A stretch of 64,000 nt of DNA from NCBI RefSeq assembly GCF_006345805.1, contig NC_042998.1, forward strand, positions 17,360,001 through 17,424,000, given 5' to 3'. The first letter of the stretch is position 1, and the number at the start of each line of letters is the position of its first letter. Below are positions 1 to 12,520 of this stretch, in pieces. Under the pieces are notes generated by a model that saw only the letters and a list, made by a program, of their open reading frames with translations, was not told the origin of the DNA and did not search any database. The position numbers and the translations under genes were made by a program. The DNA is from Octopus sinensis (taxonomy: Eukaryota).

Positions 1-178
1 TCTGCCGTTACTTTCTGAGTTCAAATTCTGCTGAGGTCAACTTTGCCTTTCATCCTTTCGGGGTCGATAAATTAAGTACCAGTTACGCACTAGAGTCGAT
101 GTAATCGACTTAATCCGTGTGTCTGTCATTGTTTGTCCCTTCTGTGTTTAGCCCCTTGTGGGTAGTAAAGAAATAGGT
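1..178 (+). mobile_element. SINE family A (tRNA-like head + CORE-like domain), cut by window edge
   Basis: Matches full copies at 19613 and 38729: ttctgagttcaaattc (B-box-like), gcctttcatcctttcggggtcgataaattaagtaccag, tail tttagccccttgtggg...aaagaaataggta. Confidence 0.9.
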
Positions 179-339
179 AACAGTTATAACAGCGCAAGTG
201 GCTACAACCCCACCGCCACAACCACTATCAGTATGACTTCTTCCGCCTCAGAAGAACCCTTTGCACTCTTTCTAGAGGATAACGCCTCTAAATTAGATAA
301 GTTTCAGAAAATAGAGGGAAGAAGAGCTGAATCAATACT

Positions 340-445
340 TTTTGCGTTCTGAGTTCAAAATCCGCTGGGGTTGACTTTGCACTGGAGTCGATGTAATAAA
401 CTAGTCCTCTCCCCATAAAATTTCAGGCCTTGCGCCTTTAGTAGA
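340..445 (+). mobile_element. SINE family A, degenerate, short-tail variant
   Basis: gttctgagttcaaaatccgctggggttgactttg...ttcaggccttgcgcctttagtaga. Confidence 0.7.
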
Positions 446-737
446 CAGTGCCATTATTAAATTATATTGTTGCTGTTGTTGTTTCTATCATTGGTGTTGC
501 TCTTATTGATCATATTCGAATCAAGTTATTAAGAGATAATGTAATGCCTGGATTATGCTAACAACATTTCTCCTCATTAAGAACTTATCCAACCGCTTCT
601 TAAAACTATTTCCGTTTGTTGGGTTTTGCTTTCAATAGTAAGTCATTAACATTGAGAAAATCTGTTTATCAAATTAAACAGTGTTTCCGGATGCGTCAAG
701 CATACTCAAATACATGTTAATTATACATTTGACATTG

Positions 738-900
738 CGGCATTTCGTCTGTCGTCATGTTCTGAGTTCAAGTTCTGCCGAAGTCGACTTTGCCTTCCAT
801 CATTTTGGTGTCGATAAAATACTAGTTGGACACTAAATTTGATGTAATCGACTTAACACTCCACTGAATTAGTTGGCCTTGAGGCAAAATTTGAAACAAG
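738..900 (+). mobile_element. SINE family A, degenerate
   Basis: catttcgtctgtcgtcatgttctgagttcaagttctgccgaagtcgactttgcc...gatgtaatcgactt. Confidence 0.75.
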
Positions 901-2040
901 CTATGTATTTGACACACATAAATGACACGATATATATTATCTTCCGCGAAATTTGATAAGGATGTGCTCTCGCTTCTAAATTTGTCCGATGGGTCAAAGC
1001 TTTTGAAATTTCTTACAATATTTAGACAGTAAACTATTCATTTCTTTAGTAAATGTTAGACATTAGCACGTATTGTTTCTAAATTATGTCTTAAATATAA
1101 AATGAAGAGAATTTCAGGGCACATTGCAAATACAATCTATCTCACGACAGACAGTATTTCGCGCATTTGTGTTTTATTGAGAGATGTAATAGCATGCTAA
1201 CAACGTACATGTTACATTAGAACATGTAAAACGTACATTAGAAAAATCCGAAGTATTATTTAAAAGATTCAATAGAATCATGAGTAAAAAGTTAAGACCA
1301 CTCATGATGGTATTAAGATATCAAGCCATCAAGTTGTTTAGACTGTTTCATATCATAGATAAGGGCGTTTTCCACATAATTAATTCTCTAAATACGCATA
1401 TATTTTGCTTACTGTACATGTTGGAATACTGTGCACACAGGCCAATTGAAAGATAAATAAATTGTAACAATTCTCTTATTTGAAATATGTAAAATTCATC
1501 CTATTTACATCGAAATGTTAATACATATGTAAGTAAACAAGATAAGATGCCACACACACACACACACACACACAGAGAAAGAGACAGTGGTAGAGAAACT
1601 GGATAACGTTGCTGTTTCTGAAATGTCATAATATCTCGCATCTGTATTACTAACCCTGATGGGAAACATCAATATAGATATACATATTCAAAAACAAGGT
1701 AACAGCGGACGAAAATATAATGTCAGATAAACTCAAATATATCAATGGAAATAAAGATAGAATAAAGTTATAAAACATCCAACTAGATTCTTTGGATAAG
1801 GAACATATGTATTTTACTATTTACTATGTCAAGGACAGCAAAACTCCAAACTCTATTCCCAGAATATCACAGTATTATCCGTCACAACTATATTTTCAAA
1901 ATTATATACACGGCATCATTATTATTCTGGTTGTATACTGTCAATTTAACGTGACAGTAGGGGATTACACCACCGCTGTTTAGCCCTAGGAAGCATCGAC
2001 GCTTCCTGGTGGCTTCAACACATTTTTTCCTGTGTCCTTA

Positions 2041-2183
2041 TATATTTACGAAGGAGAGACAAACACCCCCAGCAGCCAGGCCTGCATCTAGAAACACGCA
2101 TGTTTCAGGATCTTTGTCCATCATCGGTCTAGAGTAGCAGAAGCCCGCCAGCCGCAGATATCTGTCCTGACTTCGTAAATATA
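2041..2183 (-). mobile_element. About 140-bp TA-flanked module with short terminal inverted repeats
   Basis: tatatttacgaag (2041) / cttcgtaaatata (2183) inverted; internal hammerhead-like motif. Confidence 0.5.
2088..2132 (-). ncRNA. Minimal type I hammerhead-like motif (U4C variant)
   Basis: Minus strand CTAGA-CCGATGA-T-GGA-caaaga-TCC-T-GAAA-CA-tgcg-TG-TT-TCTAG: 5-bp stem I, 3-bp stem II, 3-bp stem III. Confidence 0.55.
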
Positions 2184-2524
2184 TATATCTAATATTCAGT
2201 GAAGTTTATTCACTAATTACCAAAATCAGAAATATTAAATTTTTAAATATCTCATAGAGATATGTACGGTGGTGGGGCGATTATTATTCTGTTTAGAGAT
2301 AATTTGTTCGCAAATAATCTTTTGTTTTAATTTTCTTTATTTGTCAGTCTCATCAACTTATTTGACAGTCATATATATATATTAGCACTCGAAATAATAT
2401 CGCATTTCAAAGGTAGATCATTTCTTAGTAAAGAATCATGACAGAGGGCAGATTATCAACATAAGGCTAATATTTAAATTTAATGTAAAAAGAATGCAGG
2501 AGAGTTCGGACAAAATGTTAGACG

Positions 2525-2918
2525 GCGTAGGAGTGGCTATGTGGTAAGTAGCTTGCATACGAACCACATGGTTCCGCATTCAGTCCCACTGCGTGGCACC
2601 TTGGGCAAGTGTCTTCTACTTGCCACGTGCCGACAAAAGCCTTGTGAATGGATTTGTTACACGGAGACTGAAAGAATCCCGTCGTATATATATATATATA
2701 TATATATGTCTATATATGTGTGTGTGTGTGTGTGTGTGTTTGTATGTCTGTGTTCCCCCCCTCCCCAACATCGCTTGACAACCGATGCTGGAGTGCTTAC
2801 TGCGACCGATAGAATAAGTACTAGACTTACAAAGAATAAGTCCTGGCGTCGATTTGCTCGACTAAAGGCGGTGATCCAGCATGGCCACAGTCAAATGACT
2901 GAAACAAGTAAAAGAGTA
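2525..2918 (+). mobile_element. SINE family B (tRNA-like head, internal (TA)n(TG)n, CR1-like tail)
   Basis: ggagtggctatgtggtaagtagc...ggttccgcattcagtccc head; tail catggccacagtcaaatgactgaaacaagtaaaag; 6 other copies in window. Confidence 0.9.
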
Positions 2919-3020
2919 TAATCCTTCCAACATCAAGCATCCCTGATATTTTCTTTCATTTCGTCACCTGTAATTGAATACAAATAAACAGCAACTTTAC
3001 TGGCAGTATACTTTACTTAC

Positions 3021-3065
3021 GATAGTTATCCTCAGAATTCTTAACGCTATGTGCAAGACATTTTA
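3021..3065 (-). CDS. Candidate 45-nt exon, unidentified (xKCLAHSVKNSEDNYx)
   Basis: Minus strand ccttttacttatcag| acceptor and |gtaagt donor; open frame phase 1-1; no homology recognised. Confidence 0.2.
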
Positions 3066-4248
3066 CTGATAAGTAAAAGGTTTATAAGTAGCTCTTACAT
3101 AGACACATCTTTCATTGCTATCTCTGAATGAATGATTATTTTACTAGTTGACCTCATGACAGAAATGCTCGAGAGAAGGATTCCTTTCTACTTAACAAAC
3201 ACTATAAAGCCATTTCCAGTTTAGTAAGTATCGTATTTACTATAATCATCAAACAAAATCAATAATTTGAAATAATTGTTCATCGCCTCTATTCGTATAC
3301 ATATAGATCCATAATAGATAAATTCATACAATTTATAGAATTCTAATAATGCAATAACACAAAAGTGTCTTTGTAGACAGATTTTGGAGACGTTAGTATC
3401 GATCTTGAGAATACAACAATGCTTATTTTATAGAAATACCATGCAGTTTAATTAGATCGTATAGAAGAACGAACAGCCTTCATTTATTGTCTCAAATAAA
3501 ATAATATTCTGTACAATCAAGGAAGTTTTATTGTGTTACGCTAGAGCTTTGGGTGTTTTCCACTCACTCGGTTTTCCAAAGACAAGGAAAGAAACTATTG
3601 CTACTACTACATTTTAATTAGACAAATTTTCCTATCCAGAGGTATGGTGATAAATAAAATACGAATTAAACTAATCACGACACAATATTTCGCAATACGC
3701 TGGCAGCAATCTGGTCGGCTGATAAGAATATGAAGTTAGATCAGTATTTGGTTAAAATATACAATAGACTACTTCAACTGAAAATGAACAACGACAAGTG
3801 TTGTTTAAAGGGTATGAGATGGAGATTTGTTTACCTAGACAGTCAATAGTTATTGGAGCGACATATTCAATAATACTTCAATACCACATGCAATTATTTG
3901 CGTGCATGCATTGCATACAGGCTTGCATACATACGGAAATACTTCCATGTATACACACGTAAATGTATATACATGTGTGTGTATTTTTTGAATGTGTGAA
4001 ATTGTGTGTAGTCGTATGAGCGTGTAAGGTATATGATAAATGGGATTTTGCTAGGACAGCCAATTTTACAAGTACTGTTCAAAAAGTATACCATTTTCAG
4101 GAGTCCTACTAAGCTTGAATTTACGTCATAAGATCAAGCATACATGTGTAGCATGAACATTCACATTTACAATATTCGAAACGAGGAATGTCCGTCGCTC
4201 CAGGGTCATAAAAAGCTCCCACAAAATTTATATTTTTTGTGCTTGCTC

Positions 4249-4447
4249 TCCTTACTTGTTTCAGTCATTTGACGGTGGCTATGCTGGAGCACCGCCTTTA
4301 GTCTAGCAAATCGACCCCAGGACGTATTCCTTGTAAGCCTAGCACTTATTCTAGCGATCGCTTTTGCCGAACCGTTAAGTTACGGGGACGTAAACACACC
4401 AGCATCGGTTGTCAAGCAATGCTAGTGGGACAAACACAGACACACAA

Positions 4448-4486
<39 letters not shown>

Positions 4487-4646
4487 CATATATACGACGG
4501 GCTTCTTTCAGTTTCCGTCAACCAAATCCACTCACAAGGGTTTGGTCGGCCCGAGGCTATAGTAGAAGACACTTGCCCAAGGGGCCATGCAGTGGGACTG
4601 AACCTGGAACTATGTGGTTGGTAAACAAGCTACTTACCACACAGCC
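4249..4646 (-). mobile_element. SINE family B
   Basis: Reverse complement of copy at 2525-2918. Confidence 0.9.
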
Positions 4647-4899
4647 GTATATTTTCTTAATATAAGACTTTTAAACAACACTTTTCTTTCCAAAATACCA
4701 GACGAATAGACAAGTAAATATACGTCCAATATAATTCATAAAACATAAGTACGCACATACACATTCTCAGCCACCAGGGATATATTTTCAAGATAGTGTA
4801 AATGTCGATTTTACTCTAATTGGTTTGGCAAAGGAAATGACGTAAGATTGCTTGATACAAATGTGTAAACTTGATTTCAAGTTTTGGCACACGGTCATC

Positions 4900-5033
4900 A
4901 AGTTCGGAGAAGTGTCTTAGTCGATTATATCGACCCCAGATCATCCTTAAATGGATGAAAGGTAAAGTCAACCTCGGCGGAATTTCAGCTAAGAACGTAA
5001 TGTCGCTAAGCATTTTGCGGGCGCACTAACTTT
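4900..5033 (-). mobile_element. SINE family A, degenerate, abutting the satellite
   Basis: tcgattatatcgacccca...ggatgaaaggtaaagtcaacctcggcggaattt. Confidence 0.75.
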
Positions 5034-6400
5034 TATGCAAATTTGATGCTTACTAATATCAAATATTAAATATTAAATATTATGCAAATTTGATGCTTAC
5101 TAATATCAAATATTAAATATTAAATATTATGCAAATTTGATGCTTACTAATATCAAATATTAAATATTATGCAAATTTGATGCTTACTAATATCAAATAT
5201 TAAATATTAAATATTATGCAAATTTGATGCTTACTAATATCAAATATTAAATATTATGCAAATTTGATGCTTACTAATATCAAATATTAAATATTAAATA
5301 TTATGCAAATTTGATGCTTACTAATATCAAATATTAATATTAAATATTATGCAAATTTGATGCTTACTAATATCAAATATTAAATATTAAATATTATGCA
5401 AATTTGATGCTTACTAATATCAAATATTAAATATTAAATATTATGCAAATTTGATGCTTACTAATATCAAATATTAAATATTAAATATTATGCAAATTTG
5501 ATGCTTACTAATATCAAATATTAAATATTAAATATTATGCAAATTTGATGCTTACTAATATCAAATATTAAATATTAAATATTATGCAAATTTGATGCTT
5601 ACTAATATCAAATATTAAATATTAAATATTATGCAAATTTGATGCTTACTATATCAAATATTAAATATAAATATATGCAAATTTGATGCTTACTAATATC
5701 AAATATTAAATATTAAATATTATGCAAATTTGATGCTTACTAATATCAAATATTAAATATTAAATATTATGCAAATTTGATGCTTACTAATATCAAATAT
5801 TAAATATTAAATATTATGCAAATTTGATGCTTACTAATATCAAATATTAAATATTAAATATTATGCAAATTGATGCTTACTAATATCAAATATTAAATAT
5901 TAAATATTATGCAAATTTGATGCTTACTAATATCAAATATTAAATATAAATATTATGCAAATTTGATGCTTACTAATATCAAATATTAAATATTAAATAT
6001 TATGCAATTGATGCTTACTAATATCAAATATTAAATATTAAATATTATGCAAATTTGATGCTTACTAATATCAAATATTAAATATTAATATTATGCAAAT
6101 TGATGCTTACTAATATCAAATATTAAATATTAAATATTATGCAAATTTGATGCTTACTAATATCAATATTAATATTAAATATTATGCAAATTTGATGCTT
6201 ACTAATATCAAATATTAAATATTAAATATTATGCAAATTTGATGCTTACTAATATCAAATATTAAATATTAAATATTATGCAAATTTGATGCTTACTAAT
6301 ATCAAATATTAAATATTAAATATTATGCAAATTTGATGCTTACTAATATCAAATATTAAATATTAAATATTATGCAAATTTGATGCTTACTAATATTAAA
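5034..6400. repeat. Tandem satellite, 47-bp unit (some 40-bp variants), about 30 copies
   Basis: Unit tatgcaaatttgatgcttactaatatcaaatattaaatattaaatat; variants lack one taaatat; near-identical copies. Confidence 0.97.
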
Positions 6401-6734
6401 TAGTGGCAATATGAAGAGAGGAAACTTTATTTACATTCAGAAGAAACATCAGAAGCAACTTCCATTAGTAGGAACGCGATCGCTATTATTTAAGTGAAAT
6501 GCGTGTTTAGAGTATTTCTTTCTTTTTAATCGGTGGCAAAAAAAAACAAACAACAGAAAAATCATAAAAACTAAGAACATGTGAGGACCCAAATTATTTA
6601 AATATTTTGGTTGTTGATTATTAGTGCATTTTTACCAAATATATATCTAAAAATAAATACTGAATTGTTAAATTTAAATCTATTTGTCATTTTGGGGCAA
6701 ATTATTACATTGGGTATCATACAGTGAAAATACT

Positions 6735-6990
6735 TCCATAATACATACATACATACATACATACATACAAAAATACCCTATTGTTGATGTTGAAATTCCA
6801 ATGACGGAACCTTGGGTCTAGGTTAGAAACCGGTTCTTTCTCTATTGTCAAGAAATCTTGAAATAAACTGAATAATGACATACGTACATGCATACATACA
6901 CGTACATATACACAATGTATGTATGTATGTATGTATGTATGTATGTATGTATGTATGTATGTATGTATGTATGTATGTATGCATGTATGT
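6735..6990. repeat. (CATA)n and (TATG)n tracts flanking a short inserted module (about 6770-6885)
   Basis: Direct reading of tetranucleotide arrays. Confidence 0.85.
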
Positions 6991-7211
6991 ATGCGTGCAT
7001 GTCTGTATATACATACCTTTGGTCAGTTAAAATATGTTTGTGACATATCAAATATGTTCCAAACATAAAATTATCAGCGAAAGGAATATCCCACACATGG
7101 AAACTCATGCGCGTGCACACAAATATATACACACAGACATATATGCACACACATGCACTGCCACAATTATATATGTATGTATACGTGTATGTCTATGAAT
7201 GTATATATGTA

Positions 7212-7583
7212 TGCAGGAGTGGCTTTGTGGTAAGTAGCTAGGCACAGGAGTGGCTATGTGTTAAATAGCTTGCTTACAAACCACATGGTTCTGGGTTCAG
7301 TCCCACTGCGTGACACCTTGGGTAAGTGTCTTTTACTATAGCCTCGGGCTGACCAAAGCCTTGTGAGTGGATTTGGTAGAGGGAAACTGAAAGAAGCCCG
7401 TCGTATATATGTATATTTATATAGATATCTTTGTTTGCCCCCCCCACATCGCTTGACAACAGATACTGGTGTGTTTTTGCTGTTCGGCAAAAGAGACCGA
7501 TAGAATAAGTCCTGGGGTCGATTTGCTCGACTAAAGGCAGTACTCCAGCATGGCCGCAGTCAAATGACTGAAACAAGTAAAAG
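7212..7583 (+). mobile_element. SINE family B with duplicated 5' head
   Basis: gcaggagtggctttgtggtaagtagct followed by ggcacaggagtggctatgtg...; family tail at 7550-7583. Confidence 0.9.
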
Positions 7584-8154
7584 TGTAAAGGAGTAGTTGC
7601 ACTATCATTTTAAATATCCGCCGACATAAATACATGCGTACATATTCTATCCGTGCATACGCAGTGCACCATGGATCCGCAAAGTCATCATTCCTTCTCT
7701 GTCGTTTCCGTGCGCTAAGGATAAATACAAACTAATTTTTCGAAGTTGCTTGTATGACATTTTTACACGGAGGAACGCAAATTTCTCACGAAGCAGATTT
7801 TGTCTTTGCACAACACAGCCAAGTTGTTTAGCGGAAAAGCAAGAGTAAACACAAGTCCAATGCCATCGTAGCAGATAACAGAAATCTAAGACACTGACAA
7901 AGTGAGAGGAATTTACTATCTCCTGTTTGCAACTTGTACTTATTTAAAACAAACAGTATCTTGTTGGCAGTTGTTTACTTTCATGGAGCAATATATGAAC
8001 GAATGTAAATTTAACTTCTGATGTAATAGGTACTCGGAACCTAAAAATCATGAGAAGGTAACGAGCGCTTTTATTCCCACCACCCTCAATATTTCAGCTA
8101 CCAAACCTCTTTCACGAAGCCTACACATGTTTATGGTCCGCACACGCACAACCA

Positions 8155-8410
8155 TACACGCACACACACACACAGATAGATAGATAGATAGATAGATATA
8201 TAGATAGATAGATATATAGATAGATAGATAGGTAGATAGATAGGTAGATAGATAGATTGATTGAATGATTGATTGATAGATAGATAGATAGGTAGGTAGG
8301 TAGGTAGATAAATAGGTAGGTAGGTAGTTAGATGGATAGATTGATAGATTGATAGATACATACATATATACTTACATACATACATACATACGTACATACA
8401 TACATACTCG
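8155..8410. repeat. Compound microsatellite (CA)/(TAGA)/(TAGG)/(CATA)
   Basis: Direct reading. Confidence 0.95.
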
Positions 8411-9084
8411 TACACAGAAAAAAAACTAAAAAAAAACAATGAACAGTCGACTTGCCATGGGGTGTAGAAAAATCCATCCAGAGTTTCAGTCAACGCCCCT
8501 CTGCAAGGAAAATTTGATAGGGATTTATAACAGACTTTTACATTTTCGATGTAAGAATAACTAGTCGCCACTGATAAGAAACGTAGTACTAAGGAGATTT
8601 CACATGCGGAGAGGAATTTGCAGAATATAGAATCAGACAAATTGAGAGAGAAGTAGTTAATTGAGTTGTGTTTTTTTTTTGTTGTTTTTGTATCTTTTGC
8701 TCTTGGAATATATCCTCGTGTACTTGTTGATGTTTATCGACAATTTAGACAGTGAGATTGCCACGCTGTAATTAGATCGAGTAATACTTCTTTAAAAAAT
8801 CATCTATTATTTTTGCTCTACCCCAACTCCCAGGTATTACGGGTGGGCATTCCTCAAGTAAATATGACTCTTGGTAATGCCGTAATTTTTGTCGGTCTCG
8901 AAGCGAAATGAATGTTATTTCGAGAACCAATAATGATGATGATGGTGGTGATGGTAGTGCTGGTGCTGCTGCTAGTGATGATGATGATGAGGAGGAGGAG
9001 GAGGTGGAGGACAGTAGTAAAATAAACAAAAACCACGATGTTAAGTATTGCTAATTTATGCACAAAGCCAACAAATGCGAATGG

Positions 9085-9245
9085 AGTTACTTAGTCGATA
9101 ACATCAAGATTTGTATTGCTTTATCTACCCCGCAGGGATGAAATGCAAAGTCGACGTTTGTGGGAGTTTTAGCTCAGAATGTAAACATAGACGGAACATA
9201 TATATACCGCAAGGCATATTCAAGCGATTCTGCTAGTTCACAGCA
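9085..9245 (-). mobile_element. SINE family A, degenerate
   Basis: ccccgcagggatgaaatgcaaagtcgac...ctcagaatgtaa...gattctgctagttc. Confidence 0.65.
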
Positions 9246-9512
9246 TCAAAATACAGGTGAATATAAGAAGTGAATTATAATATAGACGAAAATCTAAACT
9301 AGAAAATAGTTAGAATTGGAAAAAAATATAATAGAATAAAATTCGAAATAAGAAACATAGTAACATATAAAGGAGAGAAGCATAAACAAGGACACTCTCT
9401 TGTCCCTATGGGTAAATAATTACAATGATGATCCTGGTGATTATTAAAAAAAAAATCAATTCAATTCAGGTTATTATTTTGCAGCTAGTTTATGAATAAC
9501 TGGGATATTTAC

Positions 9513-9716
9513 TCTGTTGTGTCTGGGGAGAGTCATTTTCTTTTTGTGCCTTGTAATTTAACACACCCACCGGTAAAATTTCCACTTATTCTATATTTTT
9601 ATTTTCCTAGTTTTGACTATTGAAAAGGTTGCAAGACGAAACGAAAATTTTTCTACCAGTGAGTGACTTAAATTATAAGGCACAAAAAGAAAATGACTCT
9701 CCCCAGACACAACAGA
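9513..9716. mobile_element. About 200-bp foldback element (63-bp inverted arms) with internal hammerhead-like core
   Basis: tctgttgtgtctggggagagtcattttctttttgtgcc.. (9513-9575) inverted against 9654-9716. Confidence 0.85.
9617..9650 (+). ncRNA. Hammerhead-like core, U3-A8 variant, stem I disrupted
   Basis: TTGAAAA-G-GTTGC-aagac-GAAAC-GAAA-ATTT; stem II 4/5 pairs; 3' strand of stem I missing. Confidence 0.4.
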
Positions 9717-10439
9717 ATATGCTTCAACACACGAACTCACATAAAGAATCTTGCAAACCAAATCCAAAACGGCATATTTACTGATGTCCAGATTAAATAT
9801 TTACAGTAGCGTCAAATTCATTTCAAAGGTTTTTGCTGAATGAGATGCATAGTTTCGCCTAAGGAACCCTTCTGGCAGAAATAAGAATAAGCATGTGTAA
9901 TCACACTATTAACTAATAATGATAATGTCTTCGTTTACGCTAATGATTTTTGAGAGCAGAAAAATTGCAGTTTTCTGTGGGGCTTTATTTTTAACGCGAT
10001 ATAATACTTATGAAAGTTCGTTGTTGTCCATGACTGAAAAGAACTTTGATTAGAAATCGCGCTTTTAAAGCAAGCATTATATCACGGTAAAAATATTTTT
10101 GTCAATTAAAAACTGAAAATCAGTCAACTTTTCGTTTAATATATTACTTGAATGGCAAAATGTTAAAAGGAAACTCATAAAAACATTAATTGCACTAAAC
10201 TGAATTTCTTCATTTTCACTTCATTGGAATTGTGTTAAGAATGACATTCCCACTAATGTAAATTCATGATGGATATATTTAGAAAGACACTTATCGGAAT
10301 GGCTACTAGAATATTTAAACGCAAGTACGACCAATTTTCTTTCAAAATTACATTATTGGAATAAGAAAGTTACCCTCATATTCATTTAGGAACTCATAAT
10401 TAAAGGTAGGTATACAGACCATTTTTGACAGACGTTATG

Positions 10440-11710
10440 CTTCCCATAAGCAAACGGTATTCTACTTGAGGGTTTCCTTAAGATATTACTTTCTTGTACA
10501 CATATTCTTAATAAGTCTGAAATATATCCTACCTCTAAGTGGATTCTACCGAACATTCACCATCGGGGAGTCATACTGCCATCATCTTCCAGTAAACACA
10601 ATGGTTCCTAGTCAGGCACATTCTGGCTTCCTAGAATGCATATCTGATGTCCACTGAAGCACCAACTCACTGAATCTTAAATACCCGCACAGCACATAAA
10701 TTAGCATACTGGTTTCTTCAATAAGTTCTAACTCTGCAACTCTCCATATAATATAACCCGTACCCACTTTTACACCAGCCAACAACCACCGCATATTTTG
10801 ACGTCTGTTTGTATTTTCCGTGTACTTCCCGGGAATTCCAAACATTTCTTTTTCCCACGCAGTTCAAATATTTCTTTTTTCCATATTCAAGTATTCTATT
10901 CCAAAATTATGTGAGCGCACATTCTTCCATTTTCCAAAACACATTGTTTCTTTCGACATCTTTATTCTTGTAATTTTCACTGGCATCCCCAGTAGATTTC
11001 TATATTCTTCCGTATAATTTACATAAACCCCTACCACATATTCCTCATAATATCATTCTATCACCAAGAAATAATTTCTATTCAAAATAATGCTATATTT
11101 ACAAAATTGTAGCATTTTTCAATTATTTTCAAATGTTTTCAATTACATTGTTGCCTGATTTAAATGATTTAATGCATTTTAAAATTTTCTATCAGAACCC
11201 AGATATTATCAGTTTCCATCGATTGTCAAAGAAATCTTCATTATAATTCCTTCAACTAACCCTCTACTATCATCAGTAATAATAATATTCCAGCCAACAT
11301 TATGAACCAACAACCATAGTGTTCTAAATTTTTATCCACCGCCTCCAACCAATGAATTTCAGTATTTAATTAGAATTTAGTTTCACGTATCCATAGGCTC
11401 CAATATATTTTTCCTTATCTTATTTCCTTATCTTAGTTCTTCCGTATTTTCTAATCTCCATACCAATTCATTACAAATAATTTTTGCTAATTTACATTTT
11501 TATATCCACGGTTGTATTATATTTTGCATCTTTATGATTTTTTTAGTTATTGATTCATTTCCATTAACAGCAGCACTATTTTGGTCACCATCAGTTTTTA
11601 GTTTTTATAGTTTAATTTTTTACTTTTTAGATTTATAATTTTTTTCCTAAATATATTCTTTAATTTCATTTTTAAATGCTTCGTATTCTATTTCCGTTTT
11701 TGTTATGCTT
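10440..11710 (-). pseudogene. Highly degenerate coding-like relic, possibly L1/Tx1-group ORF2
   Basis: Broken minus frames include YEAFKNEIKEYI and VFWKMEECALT*FWNRILEY, loosely like the L1-group linker and C-terminus; many stops. Confidence 0.3.
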
Positions 11711-11931
11711 CATAAACGATATGTTTATGTTTAATGGCAGAATCTTTAGAGTGTCTAACAATGCCTTATGGTTTTTAATTAAGGGTCATAACTTCTTGTA
11801 AGGAATTTCCACCGGTATCAAAACTGTCTCATCATTTTAAAATTGTGAGTAAAAGGAAAGGTCAAACTCTTCGTTCGAATTATCAACTAACCACAACACA
11901 AATTCATATTCCATGCCTGTGTGAAAAAGAG

Positions 11932-11968
<37 letters not shown>

Positions 11969-11971
11969 TAT

Positions 11972-12175
11972 TGAGTAAACTGGCAGAATTGTTAGCAGAC
12001 CAAACAAAATGCTTAGCGGAATTTAGTCCGCCTTTACATTCTGGATTCAAATTCCGTCAAGGTTGACTCTGCCCTTCACCCATTCGGGGTCGGGATAATA
12101 TGTACTAGTCAAGTACTGAGGTAGATTTAAGCTATTAGCCCCTCTCCCGCTAAAAATTCAGGCTTTGTACTTATA
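11972..12175 (+). mobile_element. SINE family A, short-tail variant, degenerate
   Basis: ctggcagaattgttagca...ttctggattcaaattccg...aaattcaggctttgtac. Confidence 0.8.
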
Positions 12176-12189
12176 TTCTTCGTATGCAT

Positions 12190-12395
12190 GTAAGAGAATT
12201 TAGTCCACTTGCTACAACCACTAACACCACGACCACCACCACAACTACTGCTACCACTTCTACTATTACTACTACTGCTGCTGCTACTGCTGCTGCCAAT
12301 ACTACTACAACAACTACTACTACTACTATTATTACTAGTACTAATAATAATAATGATAATAATAAACTAGCAATGATTATTATTATTATTATTAT

Positions 12396-12436
<41 letters not shown>

Positions 12437-12475
12437 CGAGCAGCAGCAACAGCAGCAGCAGCAGCAGTAGCAGTG

Positions 12476-12520
<45 letters not shown>

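Noticed and set aside
5034-6400. CRISPR-like array
   Set aside because: Units are contiguous with no unique spacers; eukaryotic context; no cas genes
3754-8545. Shared hexapeptide IYNRLL at about 3760 and about 8520, differing mainly at synonymous positions
   Set aside because: Only six residues, no flanking similarity, unconvincing splice context; compatible with chance
7620-8850. Multi-exon models on either strand (also 17000-17720, 21440-22050, 46100-47800)
   Set aside because: Both strands give equally plausible short frames and no family is recognisable; nearby similar regions proved to be TE relics
10440-11710. Mitochondrial insertion (in-frame TGA, AT-rich)
   Set aside because: TAA/TAG stops remain and no mitochondrial gene motif is recognisable
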